Translations under genes and position numbers: made by a program
DNA from: Patescibacteria group bacterium
GTDB lineage: Bacteria; Patescibacteriota; Microgenomatia; UBA8517
DNA length: 42,468 nucleotides
Direction: 5' to 3'
NCBI GenBank assembly: GCA_026416845.1
Contig: JAOAEL010000002.1
Span: 1 to 42,468, forward strand
Shown: piece by piece, positions 7,317 to 14,765 of the stretch
Numbering within the stretch: the first letter of the stretch is position 1
How the letters are laid out: every line of letters starts with the position of its first letter
The notes under the pieces: generated by a model
What the model saw: the letters and a program-made list of their open reading frames with translations, nothing else
The model's database searches: none
Told to the model about the DNA's origin: nothing

Positions 7317-8717
7317 ATGTCAACAGTTAACAAAAACCTGCCAGATCCTTTACCCTTAAAAAAACTAATAGGACCTAGTTTCATAATATTAGGTATGGGT
7401 CTTGGAAGTGGCGAATTAATTTTATGGCCATATTTATCAGTTAATTTTGGTCTTGGAATAATATGGGCAGCAGTCCTTGGTATTACCCTTCAATTTTTTA
7501 TTAACATGGAAATAGAGCGTTATACTCTGGCTACGGGTGAAAGTATATTTGCCGGTTTGAAAAGGAAATATGGCATTTTCATGCCATATTGGTTTATAGT
7601 TACAACTCTTATACCTTGGATCTGGCCAGGAATTACAGCTTCAGCAGCAACAGTCCTTGCAAAGTCTATAGGGATTGAATACTCCAGAACAATAGGAATT
7701 ATATTACTTTTTGGAATTGGCATAATTTATGGATTAGGAAATATTGTGTATAAAACACAAGAAACAGTACAAAAGGCAATCATATTAATAGGTGTACCTT
7801 TTGTTTTGTTAATAACATTTGTTTCTGCCAAAGCCAAAGATTGGTTATCTCTTGCCCAAGGTTTAGTTGGCAAAGGTGAAAATTATTGGTTCTTACCAGA
7901 AGCTTTGCCATGGGCAATATTTTTAAGTGCGCTTGCTTTTGCTGGTGCTGGCGGCAACTTAAATCTCGCTCAATCGCTCTATGTAAAAGAAAAAGGTTAC
8001 GGTATGGCGGCAAATTCAGGAAATATAACAAATGTACTAAAGAGCAAATCAGCTTCAATCAAAATAGAAGGAGATCCTTTTGTTCAAACCACTAAAAATA
8101 TCAAAAGGTTTAGAATTTGGTGGAAACGTATAAATATTGAGCACTTCATCGTGTTTTGGGCTACAGGAGCTTTTACCATGATCATGTTATCTCTTTTGGC
8201 ATATTCTACAGTTTATGGAACTAGCCAAGTAAATGCAGGTATATCTTTTGTTATAAAGGAAGCAGAGCAAATTTCTAGGTTAGCAAACCCTATGTTCGGA
8301 ATGTTTTTCTTAGTTATAGTAGGAATAATGCTTTTTGGTACTCAATTTAGTGTTTACGGATCAAATGCCAGAATAGCAAGTGAAAATTTAGTATTGTGTA
8401 ACAAAAAGATTTTTAAAACGAGAAATATGTCAAAATACTTCTATACTTTTTTATGGATACAAATCATAAGTGGTATAATTATATTTTTACTTGGATTTGC
8501 CGAACCATTATTCCTTGTCACAATAAGCGGAATTTTAAATGCTTTTGCTATGTTTACATACACAGGACTCATTTTGTATATGAATAAAACTGTATTGCCA
8601 AATTCCGCTAAACCAAACCTATTTCGCACAGTAGCGGTATCTTTTGCCTTTTTGTTTTATGGAGCTTTTAGCTTATTTACAATATATCGTTATCTTGCTC
8701 ATTACATCACAAAGTAA
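7317..8717 (+). CDS. Nramp/APC-superfamily transporter (YcsG-like)
   Basis: About 11 hydrophobic segments; IGPSFIILGMGLGSGELILWP, NMEIERYTLATGE, FAGAGG. Confidence 0.75.
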   Translation: MSTVNKNLPDPLPLKKLIGPSFIILGMGLGSGELILWPYLSVNFGLGIIWAAVLGITLQFFINMEIERYTLATGESIFAGLKRKYGIFMPYWFIVTTLIPWIWPGITASAATVLAKSIGIEYSRTIGIILLFGIGIIYGLGNIVYKTQETVQKAIILIGVPFVLLITFVSAKAKDWLSLAQGLVGKGENYWFLPEALPWAIFLSALAFAGAGGNLNLAQSLYVKEKGYGMAANSGNITNVLKSKSASIKIEGDPFVQTTKNIKRFRIWWKRINIEHFIVFWATGAFTMIMLSLLAYSTVYGTSQVNAGISFVIKEAEQISRLANPMFGMFFLVIVGIMLFGTQFSVYGSNARIASENLVLCNKKIFKTRNMSKYFYTFLWIQIISGIIIFLLGFAEPLFLVTISGILNAFAMFTYTGLILYMNKTVLPNSAKPNLFRTVAVSFAFLFYGAFSLFTIYRYLAHYITK

Positions 8718-8730
8718 ATTTAATTGATTA

Positions 8731-9810
8731 ATGAAAAATATCATTATAATTGCCTTTATATCTGTATTCTTTTTTTTTCTAGGATGGCAAGCTAATGATA
8801 AATTAATTTACAAAGGGAAAAAAGAATTTAAAAACAATAATACTAACAACATTGAAAAATTTGAAAATCTATCAAGATACTCAATTGAAAAGTTGTCTAA
8901 TTATTCAATTACAGTTAAACATTTATTAATCACAGATCTTCTGACAGAGACTGGCAAATACTCTTCATATAAGTTCATTTTGGAATTCGCGCCTGATCCA
9001 GAAAAAAACCATGTGAAAAAGGTCACAGGCAGAATAACTATACCTAAAAACACACAAGGAACAAAAGCCATAGTAATAATGCTTAGAGGATATATAGACA
9101 AAACAATATACAAAACTGGAGATGGCAGTCGCAACGCTGCCAATTTTTTGTCAGAAAATGGATACATTACTATTGCCCCCGATTTTTTAGGGTATGGAGA
9201 GTCAGACATGGAATCTTCCAACATATTTGAGGCAAGATTCCAAACATACACTACAGTTTTAGCACTTTTGAACTTATTCGAAAATGAAATAAACAGTGAA
9301 AAAATAATTGCCAAAGATTTAAGTTCAGAAATAGTCAATTTATTAGCCCAAAAAAATCAAGTTTTTATATGGGGACATTCAAATGGTGGACAAATAGCTT
9401 TAACCATTCTTGCAATTACTGGCAAAAACTATCCAACAGTTCTATGGGCTCCAGTTACTAAACCATTTCCGTACTCAGTATTATATTATACTGATGAATC
9501 TGTGGATGGAGGTAAGTTTATAAGAAAAGAGTTGGCAAAATTTGAAAAAGAAAATCAAGTGGATTTGTTTTCATTTACTAACTATCTAGATAAAATAAAC
9601 GCGGAAATTCAGATACATCAAGGGGGAAAAGACAACGCTGTGCCAGTTGCATGGAATAATGAAATTGTTATTAAACTAAAGCAAAAAAATAAAAATGTTT
9701 CATACTATATATACCAATCAGTGGACCACAACATGAGACCTGAATGGGAAACCGTAATGAAAAAAACACTAGACTTCTACGAATCAAGATTAGATAACAT
9801 TAAAATTTAA
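8731..9810 (+). CDS. Exported alpha/beta hydrolase (S9 peptidase-like)
   Basis: Signal peptide; APDFLGYGES, nucleophile elbow WGHSNGG, IHQGGKD, DHN. Confidence 0.8.
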   Translation: MKNIIIIAFISVFFFFLGWQANDKLIYKGKKEFKNNNTNNIEKFENLSRYSIEKLSNYSITVKHLLITDLLTETGKYSSYKFILEFAPDPEKNHVKKVTGRITIPKNTQGTKAIVIMLRGYIDKTIYKTGDGSRNAANFLSENGYITIAPDFLGYGESDMESSNIFEARFQTYTTVLALLNLFENEINSEKIIAKDLSSEIVNLLAQKNQVFIWGHSNGGQIALTILAITGKNYPTVLWAPVTKPFPYSVLYYTDESVDGGKFIRKELAKFEKENQVDLFSFTNYLDKINAEIQIHQGGKDNAVPVAWNNEIVIKLKQKNKNVSYYIYQSVDHNMRPEWETVMKKTLDFYESRLDNIKI

Positions 9811-9856
9811 TAAACGAAACTCATACGTAAAAAGAAAAATAAGTTTTACAAAATAT

Positions 9857-10033
9857 ATGCGGTATATGAAATCAAAAAATAAAACACTTTCAAATCCCAA
9901 TCCAGTTGGGCCAGGGTTTAGAACACCTAGCGCATTTAGAGCTTCAGTGTTTTCAAAAGGAAGCTTTGCTAGAAAAATTCAAGCTTTAAAAATCAAATTT
10001 AATCAACCGCGTAAAACACAGTACAAAGGTTAA
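9857..10033 (+). CDS. Small basic hypothetical protein (58 aa, not in ORF track; alternative start 9866)
   Basis: MRYMKSKNKTLSNPNPVGPGFRTPSAFRASVFSKGSFARKIQALKIKFNQPRKTQYKG; fills the gap after the hydrolase; GC higher than the flanking intergenic DNA. Confidence 0.5.
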   Translation: MRYMKSKNKTLSNPNPVGPGFRTPSAFRASVFSKGSFARKIQALKIKFNQPRKTQYKG

Positions 10034-10228
10034 CTGTCAACTAAAGCCCTCAAAACCTCAAAACAATCTAAACTCAAACAACAAAATAGCTAACAACTTG
10101 ACATCTAAAATCTACAAAAACCTCTAAAGTTCATCCAATATCCAATAGTTGACAAGATATTCTTAAAGATGTTAAACTAACACCCTTTTAAAAATTTGTC
10201 GGATTAAAATCTAAGAAATAAAATATAT

Positions 10229-10459
10229 ATGAAAGCAGTTCTAAAAAAGGATCTAGGACAACACAAAGTTGGAACAATACTCCATTATAATGGCTACGTA
10301 TTCGCAACAGGTCAGTTAACAATTATGGCTGAAGATGTCTTTACAGACAATGATCTTTTTGAAATTTTGGAGCAAAATTATGAAAAAAACATACTAAACG
10401 AACTTAACAAAGCAGATTATAACAACAGATATAAGAATTTACCTTCCGAAAGTTCTTAG
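10229..10459 (+). CDS. Hypothetical protein (76 aa)
   Basis: Clean ORF with a TTGACA/TAAACT-like promoter upstream; no family recognised. Confidence 0.55.
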   Translation: MKAVLKKDLGQHKVGTILHYNGYVFATGQLTIMAEDVFTDNDLFEILEQNYEKNILNELNKADYNNRYKNLPSESS

Positions 10460-10544
10460 CATGTTAACAACACAATAAAGCTTGCAAAGGTGAAGTTAGT
10501 TGATCTTTTTGAATTCTTGCTTAATTTGTTGTAAAATCCTGCTG

Positions 10545-11450
10545 ATGAAAACTCAAAACAAATCTCAAGGAATATCAAAAAACAAAGCTTCTTTCACGGT
10601 TGCTCGATCTGACAATGGAAACATCCAAATCACTTTTACTTTTCCAAAAGAAGAAGTGAAAAAAGCTCAAGAAGAAGCGTTAAAAGAGATAGGACAGAGT
10701 ATAACTGTGCCCGGATTCAGGAAAGGCAAAGCGCCATTTGAAAAAGTAAAAGCTCATGTTCCTCAACAAAAGTTAGTTGAAAAAGTATTAACAATATTGT
10801 TGCCAGAAACACTTTATAAAGCTATTTCCACAAACAAAATTAAGCCAGCAATTTACCCTAAATTTGAGTTAATAAAAACAAAAGAAGATGAAGATTGGGA
10901 AATAAGAGCTATCACTGCCGAAATTCCGGAATTTTCTCTTGATAATTACAAGGAAAAATTGGTAGGAGAAATTAGATCTAAAAAATTAGTTAAATCAGAC
11001 AAAAAACTTCAAAATGAAATAACAAAAGATCAGAAACAAGAAGTTCTTCTTAGGACTCTTGTCGATGTAGTTGAAGTTAATATACCTCCACTCATGATTA
11101 AAGAGGAGCTAGATTCCAGGCTGGCACAACTTTTGCAAAGAATAGAAAAACTAGGCCTTACCTTAGAAAACTACCTAAATGCTATTGGTAAAAATCCTGA
11201 AACATTAAGACAGGAATATGAAAGAGATGTCAGAGACTCAATAGCCCTAGATGCTATACTCACCAAAATTGCTGAAAAAGAAAATATTGAAGTTTCTCAA
11301 GAAGAATTAGAAAAAGCCTTGGAAGTTGCAAGTTCAGATCCCCAAATTAAAAAGCAGTTAAAATCGCAAGCACAAGTTAACTTTGTCAAAACGGTACTTA
11401 TTAAAAGAAAAGTATTAGATCACTTGACTTCGCTTTGGGATAGTGTCTAA
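10545..11450 (+). CDS. tig: Trigger factor lacking the PPIase domain
   Basis: VPGFRKGKAP ribosome-binding signature and SurA-like C-domain; ATG 10545 preferred over TTG 10500 because of promoter TTGAAT-N17-TAAAAT (10509-10537). Confidence 0.9.
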   Translation: MKTQNKSQGISKNKASFTVARSDNGNIQITFTFPKEEVKKAQEEALKEIGQSITVPGFRKGKAPFEKVKAHVPQQKLVEKVLTILLPETLYKAISTNKIKPAIYPKFELIKTKEDEDWEIRAITAEIPEFSLDNYKEKLVGEIRSKKLVKSDKKLQNEITKDQKQEVLLRTLVDVVEVNIPPLMIKEELDSRLAQLLQRIEKLGLTLENYLNAIGKNPETLRQEYERDVRDSIALDAILTKIAEKENIEVSQEELEKALEVASSDPQIKKQLKSQAQVNFVKTVLIKRKVLDHLTSLWDSV

Positions 11451-11508
11451 AAGCACACTTTGAATTAAAATAAGCCTGCCAAGAGAATTAACCTTAACAA
11501 AAACAAAC

Positions 11509-12162
11509 ATGACAAGCACAAAAACAAAAACCACAAAAGCACAAAACACGCATAAAACTCCTAATCCGCTTGAGGCTATAAAAGAAATTGGTAAGGATAC
11601 TGTTAATCAAATGAGACAGGAAATTAGTAAATTGCCTAATGAACTGTTTGAAAATCTATTTGGCAATTATTATCCTTACAAAAATACTTCACGCAGATAT
11701 TCAGGCGAAATAGCGCCAGGAGAAACAATAGAAATAAACGACATTTTATCAGGCAAAATCGAGCAAGTACAAAAAATGCACGAAAGTATTGCTTTGGAGC
11801 AAAGACTGTTGCAAGAAGAAAAAATAAGAACAGAAAAAAAATCTCAAGAGCTAAAAGCACAACTTAACGCTATTCAACAAGAACTTTTAACGGCTGTTAA
11901 AAGCACACAAGGTTTGGCGGAAGAAGTGCAAATTGCGGCTATGACATCTGCAGTAAATCCAGGAATATATCATATAGTATTTTTTGAAAAACTTTTGGCG
12001 TTTATAAAATCATTCAGAACCAAAATACAAGAAGCTCAAACTTGGCTATATGCTGTAAACAAGCGATCTCAAAAAAAGAATATGTGGGGCATAAACTATA
12101 AAAAGCACGGAGCTAAATATCTTTTGTCTTCCGAACATTACTTGCAAAGATCAGCTGGATAA
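11509..12162 (+). CDS. Conserved hypothetical coiled-coil protein (DUF5660-like)
   Basis: Coiled-coil middle; C-terminal PGIYHIVFFEKL...W...KKHGAKYLLSSEHYLQRSAG recalled as typical of this CPR family. Confidence 0.5.
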   Translation: MTSTKTKTTKAQNTHKTPNPLEAIKEIGKDTVNQMRQEISKLPNELFENLFGNYYPYKNTSRRYSGEIAPGETIEINDILSGKIEQVQKMHESIALEQRLLQEEKIRTEKKSQELKAQLNAIQQELLTAVKSTQGLAEEVQIAAMTSAVNPGIYHIVFFEKLLAFIKSFRTKIQEAQTWLYAVNKRSQKKNMWGINYKKHGAKYLLSSEHYLQRSAG

Positions 12163-12183
12163 AAATTGCCGTTATAAATTTAA

Positions 12184-13533
12184 ATGGATAAAAAATTATT
12201 AGAGCCGTTTTTAGAAATACTAAAAATCCCAAGTATTTCAACATTGGCTAAACACAAAAGTGACATGCAAAAAGCAAGAAAGTATTTACTATATCTTTTT
12301 GATTCTTTAGGGTTTAAAACAGAAACACTAAAATGCAAATCTCACGATGCTATATTTGCATCTTTAGAAGTGGATAGTAAACTGCCTACAATATTAATTT
12401 ATGGTCATTATGATGTGCAACCCGCAGATCCTTTAGATGAATGGGGAACGCCACCGTTTGAGCCAACTATTATAGACAACAAAGTCTACGCTCGCGGAGC
12501 AACCGACAACAAAGGTCAATTCATGGCACACATAATGGCGCTTAAAAAACTTATGTTTCAAAAAATTGATTTGACCGCAAATATCAAATTTATCATAGAA
12601 GGCGAAGAAGAAATTGGATCAATAAGTGTTACAGATCTAACAAAAAAATACTCAAAAGCTTTGTTTAAGTGCGATTTTCTTGTTGTTTCTGATACAGAAA
12701 TGTATAAAGAGGGATTGCCCTCTATAGATACAAGCTTGCGCGGACTTTTGTATACAGAAATTACTCTCCAAACCGCGAAGCAAGATTTACACTCAGGACA
12801 ATTTGGTGGCATAGCAGAAAATCCTATAAACATGCTCGCTTATTTAATTACCAAAATAAAAGATAAAAATGGCAAAATTTTAATACCAGGTTTTTACGAA
12901 AATGTTTGTTCTCCCTCAGAAACAGAACTAAAAAATTACGAAAAATTAAAAACAAAAGAAAAAGATTTAATAAACGAAGGACAAATGTATTGCCTTGGAG
13001 GCGGAGAAAAAGAATACAGTCTAAATGAAAGAAGATGGAGCAGGCCTACTTGTGATGTTAATGGAATATTTGGAGGATATACTCAAGAGGGAAGCAAAAC
13101 AATAATCCCTTCAAAAGCAAGCGCTAAAATAAGCTTCAGGCTCGTGCCAAATCAGGATCCAAAGGACATTTACCAAAAATTTGTGAAACATGTCAAAAAT
13201 ATAGTACCAAAAAATATTAAATTGAAAGTCAAAGAGCATGCTTCAGCGCTTCCTTACAAAGCGCCCATTAATCATCCAGTATACGAAATAATGAAAAAGA
13301 GCCTAAAAAAAGTCTGGGGAAAAGAACCAGTATATACTGGAGTGGGAGGATCTATAGGCTTTGTTCCGGTGCTTGCTCAAACTTTAAATGTCCCGTGCCT
13401 CATGGTAGGCTTTGGACTTCCGGATGACAATTTGCATGCACCAAACGAACGATTTAATCTAACAAACTACTTTAACGCAATAGACACAATGGTAGAGTTT
13501 TACAAAAACCTTTCACAACTAAAACATAATTAA
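12184..13533 (+). CDS. M20/M25/M40 metallo-dipeptidase
   Basis: YGHYDVQP, ARGATDNKG, EGEEEIGS, DLHSG, GGSIG, HAPNE. Confidence 0.92.
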   Translation: MDKKLLEPFLEILKIPSISTLAKHKSDMQKARKYLLYLFDSLGFKTETLKCKSHDAIFASLEVDSKLPTILIYGHYDVQPADPLDEWGTPPFEPTIIDNKVYARGATDNKGQFMAHIMALKKLMFQKIDLTANIKFIIEGEEEIGSISVTDLTKKYSKALFKCDFLVVSDTEMYKEGLPSIDTSLRGLLYTEITLQTAKQDLHSGQFGGIAENPINMLAYLITKIKDKNGKILIPGFYENVCSPSETELKNYEKLKTKEKDLINEGQMYCLGGGEKEYSLNERRWSRPTCDVNGIFGGYTQEGSKTIIPSKASAKISFRLVPNQDPKDIYQKFVKHVKNIVPKNIKLKVKEHASALPYKAPINHPVYEIMKKSLKKVWGKEPVYTGVGGSIGFVPVLAQTLNVPCLMVGFGLPDDNLHAPNERFNLTNYFNAIDTMVEFYKNLSQLKHN

Positions 13534-13582
13534 TAAAATATTAAGGGCTACAAATACAATCTGTTATTATTTAAATAAAAAA

Positions 13583-14584
13583 ATGTTTGATAAAGCAGTT
13601 CAAAACATCATCAAAAACTGTCTTAGACTTTCAACAAAAGATCGCTTTGTTATTGTTTCCGATATAGCAAGACAAGACATCGGAAAATCAATTTATGAAA
13701 AAGCAAAAGAGGTATGCGAAACAAAAATATTTTTCATAGAAGAATTTACAAAACGGCCTGCAAAAGAATTTCCTACTGCTTTTGAGAAAGATATAACTAA
13801 ATTCATGCCAACCGCTTCTTTGTATGCAGCTACAGGCCAGGAAGGAGAATTGCCGCTCTTTAGATCAAAGCTCATTGCTCTATTAACTAAAAATCTTAAT
13901 TGCAGGCATGCCCACATGATTGGTGTAGATGAAAAAATTATGGAAACAGGAATGAGCATGGACTACTCGCTCATATACAAAGCGTCGCATAAGCTCTATG
14001 AAATATTAAAAAACGCAACAGAAATTGAAGTAAAAGATCCACATGGCACAAGTTTGAAAGCAAATTTCTCAAAAGAAATTAAATGGAAAGCAGATGATGG
14101 AGTGCCTCTTGATAATGGGCGTTGGTGCAATCTGCCAGCCGGAGAGGTATTTACTTGTCCTGTGTCGGTAAACGGTCAAATAGTCGCATGGGAGCTGGGG
14201 GATTATTTCTCTGAAAAATATGGAGTATTGAAAAATCCAATTATGATTTACATCAAAAACTCGTTTATAACAAATGTAAAAAGCAAAAACAAAAAACTTA
14301 AAGAGGAATTTGAGTCTTATGTGAAAAAGTATTCAAATGGCAATAGAGTGGGAGAGTTTGCTATAGGATGTCTTATGGGACTTGAGAAGTTGATAGGCAA
14401 TTTGCTTCAGGACGAAAAATTCCCCGGAGTTCACTTAGCTTTTGGACATCCGTATCCCGAAATGACAGGAGTACAAGATTGGAATTGTGAAAGTCACGTA
14501 GATGTCATACCTCTTAACGTATCTGCATTTGTTGACGGCAAAGAGATTTTAAAGAATAGAAAATTTACCATAGATTTAACTTGA
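13583..14584 (+). CDS. M29 (thermophilic metalloprotease family) aminopeptidase
   Basis: NLPAGEVFTCP, GEFAIG, DEKFPGVHLAFG, HVD. Confidence 0.88.
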   Translation: MFDKAVQNIIKNCLRLSTKDRFVIVSDIARQDIGKSIYEKAKEVCETKIFFIEEFTKRPAKEFPTAFEKDITKFMPTASLYAATGQEGELPLFRSKLIALLTKNLNCRHAHMIGVDEKIMETGMSMDYSLIYKASHKLYEILKNATEIEVKDPHGTSLKANFSKEIKWKADDGVPLDNGRWCNLPAGEVFTCPVSVNGQIVAWELGDYFSEKYGVLKNPIMIYIKNSFITNVKSKNKKLKEEFESYVKKYSNGNRVGEFAIGCLMGLEKLIGNLLQDEKFPGVHLAFGHPYPEMTGVQDWNCESHVDVIPLNVSAFVDGKEILKNRKFTIDLT

Positions 14585-14598
14585 TTATATTGCATAAT

Positions 14599-14627
14599 TT
14601 GACAAAAAAAAGTTCACAATGTAAAAT
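14599..14627 (+). promoter_or_regulatory. Sigma70-type promoter
   Basis: TTGACA (14599-14604), 17 nt, TAAAAT (14622-14627). Confidence 0.8.
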
Positions 14628-14636
14628 TTTAGCTTA

Positions 14637-14690
14637 ATGGAAGTACTTTTTTCTCTCAGCGCTATTTCCTTCCTCATTTGGGGAGGTTAA
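14637..14690 (+). CDS. Putative attenuator leader peptide MEVLFSLSAISFLIWGG (17 aa)
   Basis: ATG 9 nt after the -10 box; TAA (14688-90) lies inside the 1:2 hairpin just before segment 2. Confidence 0.55.
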   Translation: MEVLFSLSAISFLIWGG

Positions 14691-14756
14691 TGCGTGCTGA
14701 GAGGAAGTAAAAAACAAAACTAAAAAAGCAACCTCTCAGAAACGAGAGGTTTTTTG
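14644..14756 (+). promoter_or_regulatory. Four-segment transcription attenuator (1:2 / 2:3 / 3:4)
   Basis: CTCTCAGC (14653-60) pairs GCTGAGAG (14696-703); CTGAGAGG (14697-704) pairs CCTCTCAG (14731-38); AACCTCTC (14729-36) pairs GAGAGGTT (14743-50) followed by a T tract. Confidence 0.75.
14729..14756 (+). terminator. Intrinsic terminator (attenuator 3:4 hairpin) about 10 nt upstream of ATG 14766
   Basis: 8-bp stem, AGAAAC loop, T tract. Confidence 0.8.
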
Positions 14757-14765
14757 TTTTTAAAA

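Noticed and set aside
14378-14386. GGACTTGAG match to the tRNA-Ala 3' end as a possible att site
   Set aside because: Only 9 nt and inside an intact peptidase gene; expected by chance. No att duplication of the tRNA-Leu or tRNA-Val ends was seen either
14637-14690. Double-glycine bacteriocin/RiPP leader (peptide ends IWGG)
   Set aside because: GG is followed directly by a stop, so there is no core peptide, and no C39 peptidase/ABC exporter is in the window
14680-14710. TPP riboswitch from GGGG…GCTGAGAG
   Set aside because: The downstream CCUGAU…AAUG…CGUAGG core is absent; the motif is explained by attenuator pairing
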